A DNA stretch of 64,000 bases from Candidatus Heimdallarchaeota archaeon (GTDB lineage Archaea; Asgardarchaeota; Heimdallarchaeia; Heimdallarchaeales; Heimdallarchaeaceae): assembly GCA_030603365.1 (NCBI GenBank), contig JAUVXV010000009.1:1-64000 (forward strand), in the 5' to 3' direction. Both the position numbers and the translations under genes were made by a program. Under the pieces are notes generated by a model. It searched no databases and was not told the origin of the DNA. It saw only the letters and a list, made by a program, of their open reading frames with translations. Position 1 is the first letter of the stretch; every line of letters starts with the position of its first letter. This document shows, piece after piece, positions 48,053 to 57,110 of this stretch.

Positions 48053-48583
48053 TTAATCTCTATTTTCAATGCTTGTGAGTATCTGGTCACCCATTGCAAG
48101 AAATGCATCAGCGACATTTGTTCCATTTTTAGCAGAGGTTTCAATGAACCCTATGCAACCAGAATCTTCAGCAAATTTCTTACCTTCTTCAGTAGATACA
48201 TCTCGTAAATCTTCTAAATCGTTTTTATTACCAACAAGCATAAGCATAATGCGAGGACTTTCATTTTGAGCTTCTTGTATCCATGTCTTAAGATTTTCAA
48301 AAGATTGACGTCGAGTAATATCGTATGTTACAAGAGCTCCTAAACTGCCTTTGAAAAAGATTTGTCTCATTGAAGCAAAACGGTCCTGACCTGCAATATC
48401 CCACAATTGAAGGCATATTCTTGTGTCTTTGATTGTTTCAAATCTTGAATATGGTTCCATTCCTATTGTCATTAAATATCCAGCTTGGAATTTATTGTGG
48501 ATGAACCTTTGTACAAGACTTGTTTTCCCAACAGCCCCATCTCCAAGTAATAAAATCTTGAATGTATATTTGTAGCTAGTCAT
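48053..48583 (-). CDS. Rab-like small GTPase
   Basis: GDGAVGKTS, TIG, LQLWDIAGQDRF, LVTYDIT, GNKND, ETSAK. Confidence 0.94.
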   Translation of the reverse strand: MTSYKYTFKILLLGDGAVGKTSLVQRFIHNKFQAGYLMTIGMEPYSRFETIKDTRICLQLWDIAGQDRFASMRQIFFKGSLGALVTYDITRRQSFENLKTWIQEAQNESPRIMLMLVGNKNDLEDLRDVSTEEGKKFAEDSGCIGFIETSAKNGTNVADAFLAMGDQILTSIENRD

Positions 48584-48779
48584 CTTGCTTTCAAAAACTT
48601 CTTACATTTATTGCTTATAATTATTTTGATGTTTCCCGCATTCAAGAGAGCTTTAATTTTGTTCTAATTCTCCGTCTATTTCAAGAGAAACAACCTTAAA
48701 ACGATTTTTTTGAAAGCTGTGATGTTTTCATGGGTTTGTGCATATTAACGAAACCTTTTAACATTGTTGAATTTTTTTC

Positions 48780-50729
48780 ATGTTAGTTCAAATGATTGAC
48801 CCAGATAATCTAGATTTCAAAGAATTAGGTTTTCATGCAGGACTAGAAGTACACCATCAAATACGTACAAAGAGAAAACTTTTTTGCAACTGTCCTCCAA
48901 TACTTGAAGAAGATCCTGAAAATATGGAATATAGTTTCTATAGATACTTCAGACCTGTTCTAGGGGAAATGGGAGATTTTGATCCTGGTATGCTAGTCGA
49001 ATTTGAAAAAGGGTATAAAGTTATTTACCTTGCAAATGAGAAAAATACTTGTACATATGAAATGGATGAGACTCCACCTTTCTTTCCAGATATGGAAGCT
49101 ATTGAAAAGGGGATCATTTTATCTGCATACTTCGATTGTTCTGCTTATGCTGAAGAGGTTGTTGTAAATAGGAAACAATATCTTGATGGTTCAATCACAA
49201 CTGGTTTTCAACGCACTTTTATCTCAGCTCGAGATGGTTGGGTTCCTGTAAATGGCAAAAAAGTCCGAATCACAAATGTGCATATTGAAGAAGATGCTGC
49301 TCGAAGAGTAAATTGGGATGACACTTCTAGTAGAACGGTTTACTTCAATCTTGATAGATTGGGTATGCCTTTGACTGAAATTATCACAGAATACACAGAT
49401 GTAGACACACCTGAAGAATTAATTGAAACAGCTAAGCAAATTGGAAGAGTTTTAAGAATAAGCAAAATAGGAATAAGAGGGTTGGGAGCAGCTAGACAAG
49501 ATGTAAATATAAGTATAACTGGGGGAGATAGGGTCGAGCTAAAGGGAGTACAAAATTTAGATCACTTTGACATAATGTGTCGTCATGAAGTTGTGCGACA
49601 GTACACTTTGATTGAGATCAAAGAAGAAATGCTGAAGAGAGAAATAAAAGAAGAGGATTTTGAACACACCTATGTTGATATTAGTCACCTCTTCAATGAT
49701 GACAAGAAATATTTTGCATCTATATTTCCAAAAATGAAGGGTCTTTTTGGATTAGAAGTTCAGCCAAATAAGGACTTTGGAGAAGAGATCTTTGAAAAGA
49801 GTATGTTAATTACTGGTCTTCCGAGGGCTAATCATTTCCACAGTGATGAATTGGATGAGAATGCTGTTAGGAAACGATCAAAATATCCAAGCAGTTTACC
49901 GATCAATAATGAAGTTATCACTAAAATTTTCACAATACTAAATCCAAAAGAGTCAGATGCTTTGATTATTATTGCAGGTCCAGAAAAAAGTGCAATACAT
50001 GCAATGAAAAAGGTTGTAGAACGAGTTAAAATGGCTTTAAAAGGTGTCCCTCAGGAAACTCGAAGGTATGTATATGACGGAAACTCTGAATTCTTGAGAG
50101 TGATTCATGGTAAAGATAGAATCTATCCTGATACTGATACTCCACCAGTAGTCATATCTCTAGAGAAAATTTTCGACATAATCGGTAAAATTGGAAAACG
50201 TCCTTGGGAAGTTTACGTTGAATTGAATGAAAAATATCAATTTGACCAAAACCATGTTGATTTGTTAATAAGGGATGAGAAACTTGATAAATTCTACAAC
50301 ATGGTTGATGATCTAGGTTTAGACGAACATTTAACCTACAGGCTTCTAATAGATCTACCTAGAGAAAAAAGAAGAAAAAACATTAAGATTACTGAAAAAT
50401 TAATTGAAAAACTTGCTCTGTTATTCTCTAATAATACAATTCTACTCGAACAACTAGAGTTAGTTCTCCCTATACTACTTGAAAATCCAAATATCAGTGA
50501 TGAGGAACTCAAAGTAAAAATAGGCTTCAAAGAAATAACATCTGAGCAATTAGATAAGATAATTGATAATCAGATAAAACTTTTTGGTAAAGATAATTTT
50601 GTTTCTTCAGAAGATAAAAAGCGCAATCTCCCAAGAATTGTTAATCAAGTTTTAAATGAATGTAATTATTCTATTAAAGGAGAACAAGTTGCGAATAAAA
50701 TAAATTCACTTTTGAAGGAGGTAATTTAA
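48780..50729 (+). CDS. gatE: Glu-tRNA(Gln) amidotransferase subunit E
   Basis: GLEVHHQ, KLFC, DGSITTGFQRT, EEDAAR, LDRLGMPL, RQDVNISI, RIYPDTD. Confidence 0.95.
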   Translation: MLVQMIDPDNLDFKELGFHAGLEVHHQIRTKRKLFCNCPPILEEDPENMEYSFYRYFRPVLGEMGDFDPGMLVEFEKGYKVIYLANEKNTCTYEMDETPPFFPDMEAIEKGIILSAYFDCSAYAEEVVVNRKQYLDGSITTGFQRTFISARDGWVPVNGKKVRITNVHIEEDAARRVNWDDTSSRTVYFNLDRLGMPLTEIITEYTDVDTPEELIETAKQIGRVLRISKIGIRGLGAARQDVNISITGGDRVELKGVQNLDHFDIMCRHEVVRQYTLIEIKEEMLKREIKEEDFEHTYVDISHLFNDDKKYFASIFPKMKGLFGLEVQPNKDFGEEIFEKSMLITGLPRANHFHSDELDENAVRKRSKYPSSLPINNEVITKIFTILNPKESDALIIIAGPEKSAIHAMKKVVERVKMALKGVPQETRRYVYDGNSEFLRVIHGKDRIYPDTDTPPVVISLEKIFDIIGKIGKRPWEVYVELNEKYQFDQNHVDLLIRDEKLDKFYNMVDDLGLDEHLTYRLLIDLPREKRRKNIKITEKLIEKLALLFSNNTILLEQLELVLPILLENPNISDEELKVKIGFKEITSEQLDKIIDNQIKLFGKDNFVSSEDKKRNLPRIVNQVLNECNYSIKGEQVANKINSLLKEVI

Positions 50730-52121
50730 GTGTCAGAAACAAACAATGGAAATGAACCAGAAGGATATAGAGGCCCTCTTCGTGAAAGACTCATCAAAGA
50801 TAATATTCGAACTTGGAGTAAAGTGATAGTAAAAAAAGGTGATGCTTGCTACGAGGGTTTACTGCTTCCACGTAGTCAACATACAGATGATAATTATATC
50901 ACTCTCAAAGTGGATACAGGATATAACTTGGGAATATTAGTAGATGAGAAAACAATAGTTGAGGAAATAGGTTTTCAAAGAGGTCATTATGAATTACCTC
51001 ATGTGAAAGTTGAGTTTAAAGATGAATTCCCTAATGTTACTCTATTAGGAACTGGAGGAACAGTGGCATCCAGGCTTGATTATAGAACTGGGGCAGTTTT
51101 ACCAGCATTTACTCCTGATGAATTATTCTCAGCTGTTCCTGAACTGACATCGACGGTTAATCTTACTCCTAAAACACTTTACCAAATACTGAGTGAGAAT
51201 TTTAGACCTGAGTACTGGGTAAAAACAGCAGAAGCCATCGCTAAGGAAATAGAATCAGGGACAGATGGTATAATAATTGGTCATGGAACAGATACAATGT
51301 GTGTTACAGGTTGTGCTCTTTCATATTTCCTAAGAAATCTCCCCATACCAGTTGTTTTAGTAGGTAGTCAAAGAAGTTCAGACCGCCCTTCTTCAGATGG
51401 ACCTCGTAACATTCTCTATGCAGCTAAACTTTCAGGTTATGAGAATTTCTCTGAAGTTACGATATGTATGCATGGTACCCCTAGTGATAGCTATAATCTC
51501 ATTCATAGAGCAACTCGTTGTAGGAAAATGCATTCAGCTCGCAGGGACACTTTTCGAACTTTAAGTGATATTCCTTTAGGTAAGATAGATGATAGTGGTG
51601 TTACTTGGTTTAAGGATGATGTAAAACCTAGAACGCCTGTTGAAGATTTTTATTTAGATGCAAAAATAGATAGTCGTGTAGGTATGCTTTATTTCTATCC
51701 TGGTATGAATCCAGATTTGTTAGAATCCATGGTTGACCTAGGGTATCATGGAGTGGTTGTCATTGGTACTGGATTAGCTCATGTTGGAACTGATGTCTAT
51801 CCTGCTTTGGATAGGTGTCAAGAAGAAAAGATTCCTGTTGTTATGGTAGTCGAACCCTTGTATGGTTTTGCTCAACTGCGAGTTTATGAAACAGGAAGAG
51901 ACATGCTCGCCCGTGGTGTTATTGAAGGTGAAAATATGCTCCCTTCAGCTGCTTATACAAAACTAATCTGGACACTTGGACATACTAGGGATCTAGACGA
52001 AGTAAGGGAAATTATGCTTACACCTATAGCTGGAGAAATCACAAATAGAGAAAGCCCAAGAGGGTTCATGATAATGCAAGGAATCGAACCCGGAATAGAT
52101 CAAATACTAAAAAATCTTTAG
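50730..52121 (+). CDS. gatD: Glu-tRNA(Gln) amidotransferase subunit D
   Basis: GYNLG, TGGTVASRLDY, HGTDT, GSQRSSDRPSSD, RKMHS. Confidence 0.96.
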   Translation: MSETNNGNEPEGYRGPLRERLIKDNIRTWSKVIVKKGDACYEGLLLPRSQHTDDNYITLKVDTGYNLGILVDEKTIVEEIGFQRGHYELPHVKVEFKDEFPNVTLLGTGGTVASRLDYRTGAVLPAFTPDELFSAVPELTSTVNLTPKTLYQILSENFRPEYWVKTAEAIAKEIESGTDGIIIGHGTDTMCVTGCALSYFLRNLPIPVVLVGSQRSSDRPSSDGPRNILYAAKLSGYENFSEVTICMHGTPSDSYNLIHRATRCRKMHSARRDTFRTLSDIPLGKIDDSGVTWFKDDVKPRTPVEDFYLDAKIDSRVGMLYFYPGMNPDLLESMVDLGYHGVVVIGTGLAHVGTDVYPALDRCQEEKIPVVMVVEPLYGFAQLRVYETGRDMLARGVIEGENMLPSAAYTKLIWTLGHTRDLDEVREIMLTPIAGEITNRESPRGFMIMQGIEPGIDQILKNL

Positions 52122-52136
52122 AACCTCTGGTATTTT

Positions 52137-53534
52137 GTGGTATTCCAAAATGTTTTTGATTTCTATACATTCTTTCACTTAATGCTCATTAACAACTATG
52201 ATATCCGTTTATTCTATAAATGTCCAATGCTACTTCAGCTTAACAAGTATGGTCCTGAGCACGAAAGAGATTTTCATCCTATTCTTGGAAGAAATAAGCA
52301 TCGTTCAAGAAAATCCGACCCTAGTAAAGAAGAAATAATAGCTAATACTGCAAAAACTCTACGAAAGATGGAGAATGGAGATTCTCCAATTAATCAGAGC
52401 TGGTTACACACAGAAGATTACATGACGAAAATTGATAGATTATATAAGGTTGAATCAAGTAGTGTTTTTGGTTCTTACAGTTATATAACAGCTTTCATGC
52501 GTAATGTAAAACATATCAGAAAAACTTTGATTATGGAAGGTGTGTTTAATACTATTATTCTTTCATCTATTCAACAAAACCAACCAGATTATTTTCAAAT
52601 TCTAAGAAAAGAAGATACTTTGACAATCAATGTTTCAGAATATCAAGAAGAATTGATGTCTGACCTAGAGAAAATAGAGCAAGTTTTAAACAAAGAAATA
52701 ACATTAACTCCAAATTATACCCGAAACTGTAGAGTATGTGAATGGAGAAAATATTGCAAACAATTGGCTGAAGATAGATTAGATTTGACTTTGATAAGTG
52801 GGATAGGTAAAATAATCAAGAAGCAATTAGAACAACAAAACATAGTTGATGTTCCTAGTCTAGCTCAAGCTAGTCTTTCTTCTATTGACCTAGAGAGTGT
52901 TAAACCGGAAGTTAAGGAATATTACATTCTTCAAGCACAATCACTAATGGATAAAAAAGAGAGAGTTCGAGATAACATAACCTTTCCTAAACGTAAATAC
53001 GAGCTATTTGTTGATGTTGAAGGATCTTCTCATCATAATTTTGTTTGGATTATTGGTTGTTTAGTAAGAGTGGATAATGAATATTATTACAAACATTTTA
53101 TTGCTGAATCACAGAAGAAAGAAAAAGAGATGTTCTCAGCTTTTATGAAATATGTTGAAAGTTTGAATAATGACTATACTTTATACCACTGGTCTCTTGC
53201 AGAACCTCAGTATTTTATGAACCTCGCGAAAAAATTCAAATTAGATACTTCTAATGTATCAAAACTTGTGGATAATTCATTTGATCTTTTTCCGATTTTT
53301 AAGAATAAAATTATCATACCTGTCTACACTTATACATTAAAAGAAGTAGCAAATTGGTTGGGTTTTGAATGGTTTGATCCATTGGTTGATGGAGCTACTA
53401 GTATAATTCTTTTTGATAAATGGTATATGCATAATGATAGAAAGTCGCTAGAAAAAGCAATTTCATACAATTCAGACGATTGTAAAGCTTTGCTTATCAC
53501 TAAGGATTATCTTACTAAACGACTAACATCTTAG
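52137..53534 (+). CDS. TM0106-family RecB-like nuclease (Cys cluster, HhH, RNase H-like YprB domain)
   Basis: CRVCEWRKYC, LISGIG, DVEG, YTLKEVANWLGF, YNSDDC. Confidence 0.82.
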   Translation: MVFQNVFDFYTFFHLMLINNYDIRLFYKCPMLLQLNKYGPEHERDFHPILGRNKHRSRKSDPSKEEIIANTAKTLRKMENGDSPINQSWLHTEDYMTKIDRLYKVESSSVFGSYSYITAFMRNVKHIRKTLIMEGVFNTIILSSIQQNQPDYFQILRKEDTLTINVSEYQEELMSDLEKIEQVLNKEITLTPNYTRNCRVCEWRKYCKQLAEDRLDLTLISGIGKIIKKQLEQQNIVDVPSLAQASLSSIDLESVKPEVKEYYILQAQSLMDKKERVRDNITFPKRKYELFVDVEGSSHHNFVWIIGCLVRVDNEYYYKHFIAESQKKEKEMFSAFMKYVESLNNDYTLYHWSLAEPQYFMNLAKKFKLDTSNVSKLVDNSFDLFPIFKNKIIIPVYTYTLKEVANWLGFEWFDPLVDGATSIILFDKWYMHNDRKSLEKAISYNSDDCKALLITKDYLTKRLTS

Positions 53535-53582
53535 TTATGTCGATGTCAAAACTGTTATTAAATCGTTTGAATCTCGGTTCTT

Positions 53583-54560
53583 ATGGCATCAGATGAATCA
53601 TATCATGCAGATTTAGGAATTATAGGAGGGGGAGTAGGGGGACTTGGTTGTGCAATTATTGCTGCATACAAGGGATTAACTGTATCAGTTTTTGAAGGAG
53701 GAAGATTAGGTGGAATTGTCACAACCTTATACGCTAGAAAACTCGTCGAAAATTATCCTGGAACCCCAAGTATTTTAGCTAAAAGACTAATAGATGAATT
53801 TGTAATTCAATCTCAAGAAGTAGAAGCTGAAATAATCAACGAAAGAGTTGTCAAAGTAACAAAGAAGGATGATATTCTCTCTGTTATAACAAATGAAAGT
53901 AGTTACAATTTTAGAAGCCTAGTTATTGCTACTGGCTCAAGACCTGCTGAATTAGGTGTTCCAGGTGAAAACAAATTTAAAAGAAAAGACCGAGGCTTAT
54001 ATAACTTCGTAACTGATCCTGATAGATTTAAAGGATGTACTGTTCTTGTAGTAGGTGGTGGAGACACTGCAATCGATGCAGTTCGAGCAATATCAGGGAT
54101 TGCTAAAAAGATCTATCTATGTCACAGAAGAGATAGTTTCAGAGCAGCTGAAACCACAGTACAAGAAATTGTAGACAATGATCTAGCAGAAATAATATAC
54201 TTACATCAATTGAAATCTTTGGAAGGTGAAGATAAACTCGAAAAAGCTGTACTTGAACAGGTTGAGACAAAAGAAGAAAAGACATTAGAAGTAGATAAAT
54301 GTGTTTTAGCTGTCGGGTTAAAAACAAGTCTGGAAATCTTTGAAGATATTGGACTTGAAACAGATGGAAAATATGTTCTTGTTGATAGAGAAATGAGAAC
54401 AAACATTCCTGGAGTTTTTGCTATAGGTGATATTGCTTCTAAGTATCAATTAATTGTAATAGCTGTAGCTCAAGGAGCCATTGCAGCACATAATGCTTTT
54501 GGTATGATAAGGAAACCATACTGGTATAAAGATGAAGAATGGCCAAAAGAAATATGCTAA
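53583..54560 (+). CDS. Thioredoxin-reductase-like flavoprotein lacking CxxC (ferredoxin-NADP reductase type)
   Basis: GGGVGG, ENYPG, ATG, GGGDTA, HRRDSFRA, AIGD; YNFVTD in place of CATCD. Confidence 0.85.
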   Translation: MASDESYHADLGIIGGGVGGLGCAIIAAYKGLTVSVFEGGRLGGIVTTLYARKLVENYPGTPSILAKRLIDEFVIQSQEVEAEIINERVVKVTKKDDILSVITNESSYNFRSLVIATGSRPAELGVPGENKFKRKDRGLYNFVTDPDRFKGCTVLVVGGGDTAIDAVRAISGIAKKIYLCHRRDSFRAAETTVQEIVDNDLAEIIYLHQLKSLEGEDKLEKAVLEQVETKEEKTLEVDKCVLAVGLKTSLEIFEDIGLETDGKYVLVDREMRTNIPGVFAIGDIASKYQLIVIAVAQGAIAAHNAFGMIRKPYWYKDEEWPKEIC

Positions 54561-54644
54561 ACACTTCTTCTCTCTTTTTCCATTTTCTTTTTATGTAAGA
54601 ACTACTTTTGTTTTTCCATTCACTTTTTATGCAAGTACTAATTT

Positions 54645-55220
54645 TTGTCTTTCATGGATTTATTTTCAAGAATAGCAGGCAGTTATGATAAACTCATACG
54701 TGGTTTTGCCCTAGATTCGATTAAGGAATTTTTAAAACTAGAACCAGATAAATTGCTACTTGATTTAGGAGGGGGAACTGGACGTGTCTCTGTTGCCATA
54801 GATGAACAAGTAAATGGTTGTATTTTGCTTGATAGATCGTTTGAAATGTTACAACAAGCGTCAAAGAAATCGAGAACTTTGTATTTAGTTCAAGGTGTCG
54901 GTGAAAATCTTCCCTTCAAGTACGGTACTATACCTCAGATGTTTGCTAATGATACATTGCACCATATTAGACAACAACGTGAAACACTCTCTGAATGCTA
55001 CCAGGCTTTGAGTTATGATGGTAAAATGATTATAAGAGAGTATGATCCTAAATATTGGAAAACGAAATTTCTCATTTTCTTTGAAAAGGTTCTATTATTT
55101 GGAAGCACTTTTCTCTCTCCCCAACAACTAGAAGATATTTGTCTAAATCTTGGATTTTCAGTAGATTGGCAGCGTTTATCAAAGTCTACTTATTTGCTAA
55201 ATGCTAAAAAATCAAATTAA
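54645..55220 (+). CDS. Class I SAM-dependent methyltransferase (UbiE-like)
   Basis: LDLGGGTG, DRSFEML, ENLPF, LHH. Confidence 0.85.
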   Translation: MSFMDLFSRIAGSYDKLIRGFALDSIKEFLKLEPDKLLLDLGGGTGRVSVAIDEQVNGCILLDRSFEMLQQASKKSRTLYLVQGVGENLPFKYGTIPQMFANDTLHHIRQQRETLSECYQALSYDGKMIIREYDPKYWKTKFLIFFEKVLLFGSTFLSPQQLEDICLNLGFSVDWQRLSKSTYLLNAKKSN

Positions 55221-55921
55221 AGAAGAAATAGGAGATACAGTGCTAGTGTAACAGAAGATGGTAGCGTTATATTATCTATGAAACTAAAACTCAATGCTTC
55301 TACTATCATACTTATAACTGCTACTACAATAATTTTCCACCAAACACCTGGCCATCCAAGCATTGAATTTACTGCTAAAGCAATAGTAATACCTAACAAA
55401 GAACCAAAAAGTACTCCTAATGATCCCTCTAAACTTTTTTCGGAGAGAATCTTGTATTTTATACTTCCAAATGGTTTTCCAATTAGTTCTCCTAAACCAT
55501 CTCCTAGACTTACAGTTAGATAAGCTGCTGTGAATACGAATAGATTATCTTGGAAAAACCAAAGTATCAACAACATTACTGCTCCCATTAACGTGGAATT
55601 TATGAATAGTTCCCACGGTGAATTGTCATTTCTAGAACATAGAAAGAATATTCTTTGTAAAATACGAATCTGAGGTATTAGTGAAAAGAGTAGAAGAGTT
55701 CCAATAGTGATAATTAAAGCCAAAAATAAATCAAAAATGTTTGTAAACAAATATGGAATAAAAGCAGCAACAGTGTTAAGTATCGTATGTCCTATTTTTC
55801 TTATTTGCCATCTCTCTAACCCCATTAATTTTAGAATGAATACCACATTAACAGTTGCTAACATAATTACTACTGCTATGCTTATTATGGCCCAATCAAG
55901 ATTTGTTGTGCTAAATTCCAT
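55217..55921 (-). CDS. CTP-dependent isoprenoid-alcohol (phytol/dolichol-type) kinase
   Basis: RKIGH, GDGLGELIG, KSLEGS, DNITLP; multi-TM. Confidence 0.85.
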   Translation of the reverse strand: MEFSTTNLDWAIISIAVVIMLATVNVVFILKLMGLERWQIRKIGHTILNTVAAFIPYLFTNIFDLFLALIITIGTLLLFSLIPQIRILQRIFFLCSRNDNSPWELFINSTLMGAVMLLILWFFQDNLFVFTAAYLTVSLGDGLGELIGKPFGSIKYKILSEKSLEGSLGVLFGSLLGITIALAVNSMLGWPGVWWKIIVVAVISMIVEALSFSFIDNITLPSSVTLALYLLFLL

Positions 55922-55941
55922 GTCTTAACTCAATCCCACAT

Positions 55942-56484
55942 TTAAGGCTTACATAGTAATTCTATCATCTTCATATCGAAGAAAGCATGAGAATGAACTG
56001 GTTTGATAACCCATGCAGTGTCTGCCCCCCTTCCTGTTCCTCCAATTGCAATGAGATTATCCAGAGTTATAACTCCTGCATCAGCTGCCATAGCAACTAT
56101 TTCTGCACAAACCTTGGTTCCTTGTCCAAAAATACGGAGTGTCTCTGCCATTATCTCTGTTGTCATCCAGGTTCCATGTTTTTTACGGATGGCCCGGTCA
56201 ACTCCAGCCAGAACATGAGTAGCTGTAACAACTGTAACGCCTTTATTTTCTAATTCCTCTATGATCTCTTGTGGAATTTCCATTTCTCCTGGTTCCCTAA
56301 ATCCTGCTTGATGTGTTACAACTATTAATTTAACTCCTTTAATTGTATTAGCAGCGCTTATTGCTGTCTTTCCTGATGTTGTAGCGACAATGACTTGATT
56401 AATATCACCCTTCTCAATTCTCTTCATAACTAAAGAAAAAACTTCATCTGAATAATCACCAGGTTTTGAGAAATGAACTGTCAT
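55942..56484 (-). CDS. Pyruvate-kinase C-terminal-like protein (MTH1675 family)
   Basis: VATTSGKTA, VTHQAGF, GQGTKVCAEI..MAADAG, GGTGRGADTA. Confidence 0.85.
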   Translation of the reverse strand: MTVHFSKPGDYSDEVFSLVMKRIEKGDINQVIVATTSGKTAISAANTIKGVKLIVVTHQAGFREPGEMEIPQEIIEELENKGVTVVTATHVLAGVDRAIRKKHGTWMTTEIMAETLRIFGQGTKVCAEIVAMAADAGVITLDNLIAIGGTGRGADTAWVIKPVHSHAFFDMKMIELLCKP

Positions 56485-56628
56485 AAGATGAATTTATGAA
56501 ACTAATTTATAATTTTTTAGCAATGAGGTTGAGATTTTTTTATTACAATCTTTAAAAATTCAGATCTTTTTCAAAAAAAAACTAATTTCTTAAAAAAATT
56601 TATAGATGATTAAACATTTAGTAAGTTA

Positions 56629-57036
56629 ATGAGTGTTACATTTCAGCTTGATCAAGGAAAAGTGAATGCTGTTCTAATCAGCTCAAGAAAGATAATGCTC
56701 AACAAAGGACAAGTAGAGATTTTTGAGAAACTACTTGATTGTATAACCAATGTTTTACCTAGTTTGAATAGACAAACCCTAGATGCTGTTCTCAAACACT
56801 CTTGTAGAGATTGGGAGAAAGAAAAAGTTCGACCAATCAATGAATTTAGATTCATACATGCAAATGAAAGAATGAAGGCATTTGATGAGATTCTAGTTCA
56901 GCTCTTTTTACGTTTAAGAGAACTGCTTATAGATTCATTGAATGCAGAAACAGTATCATTTCTACGATCTGCTGCTCTCACAAACTACAAGGATTTCCTT
57001 GAAGCAGAAGGCTATGTCGTAGATTACCAACCTTAG
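56629..57036 (+). CDS. Hypothetical helical protein
   Basis: 135-aa ORF behind an AT-rich promoter region. Confidence 0.6.
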   Translation: MSVTFQLDQGKVNAVLISSRKIMLNKGQVEIFEKLLDCITNVLPSLNRQTLDAVLKHSCRDWEKEKVRPINEFRFIHANERMKAFDEILVQLFLRLRELLIDSLNAETVSFLRSAALTNYKDFLEAEGYVVDYQP

Positions 57037-57110
57037 ATAGGTTTTTCTCCTAAAATTTCTCGACAAAAAATAAATACTAGTTATTTCTTCGATGGTTATT
57101 AGGTGTTTAT

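Noticed and set aside
52137-53534. Cas4/CRISPR adaptation gene
   Set aside because: The Cys cluster is followed by HhH and RNase H-like domains (TM0106 layout), with no cas1 or array
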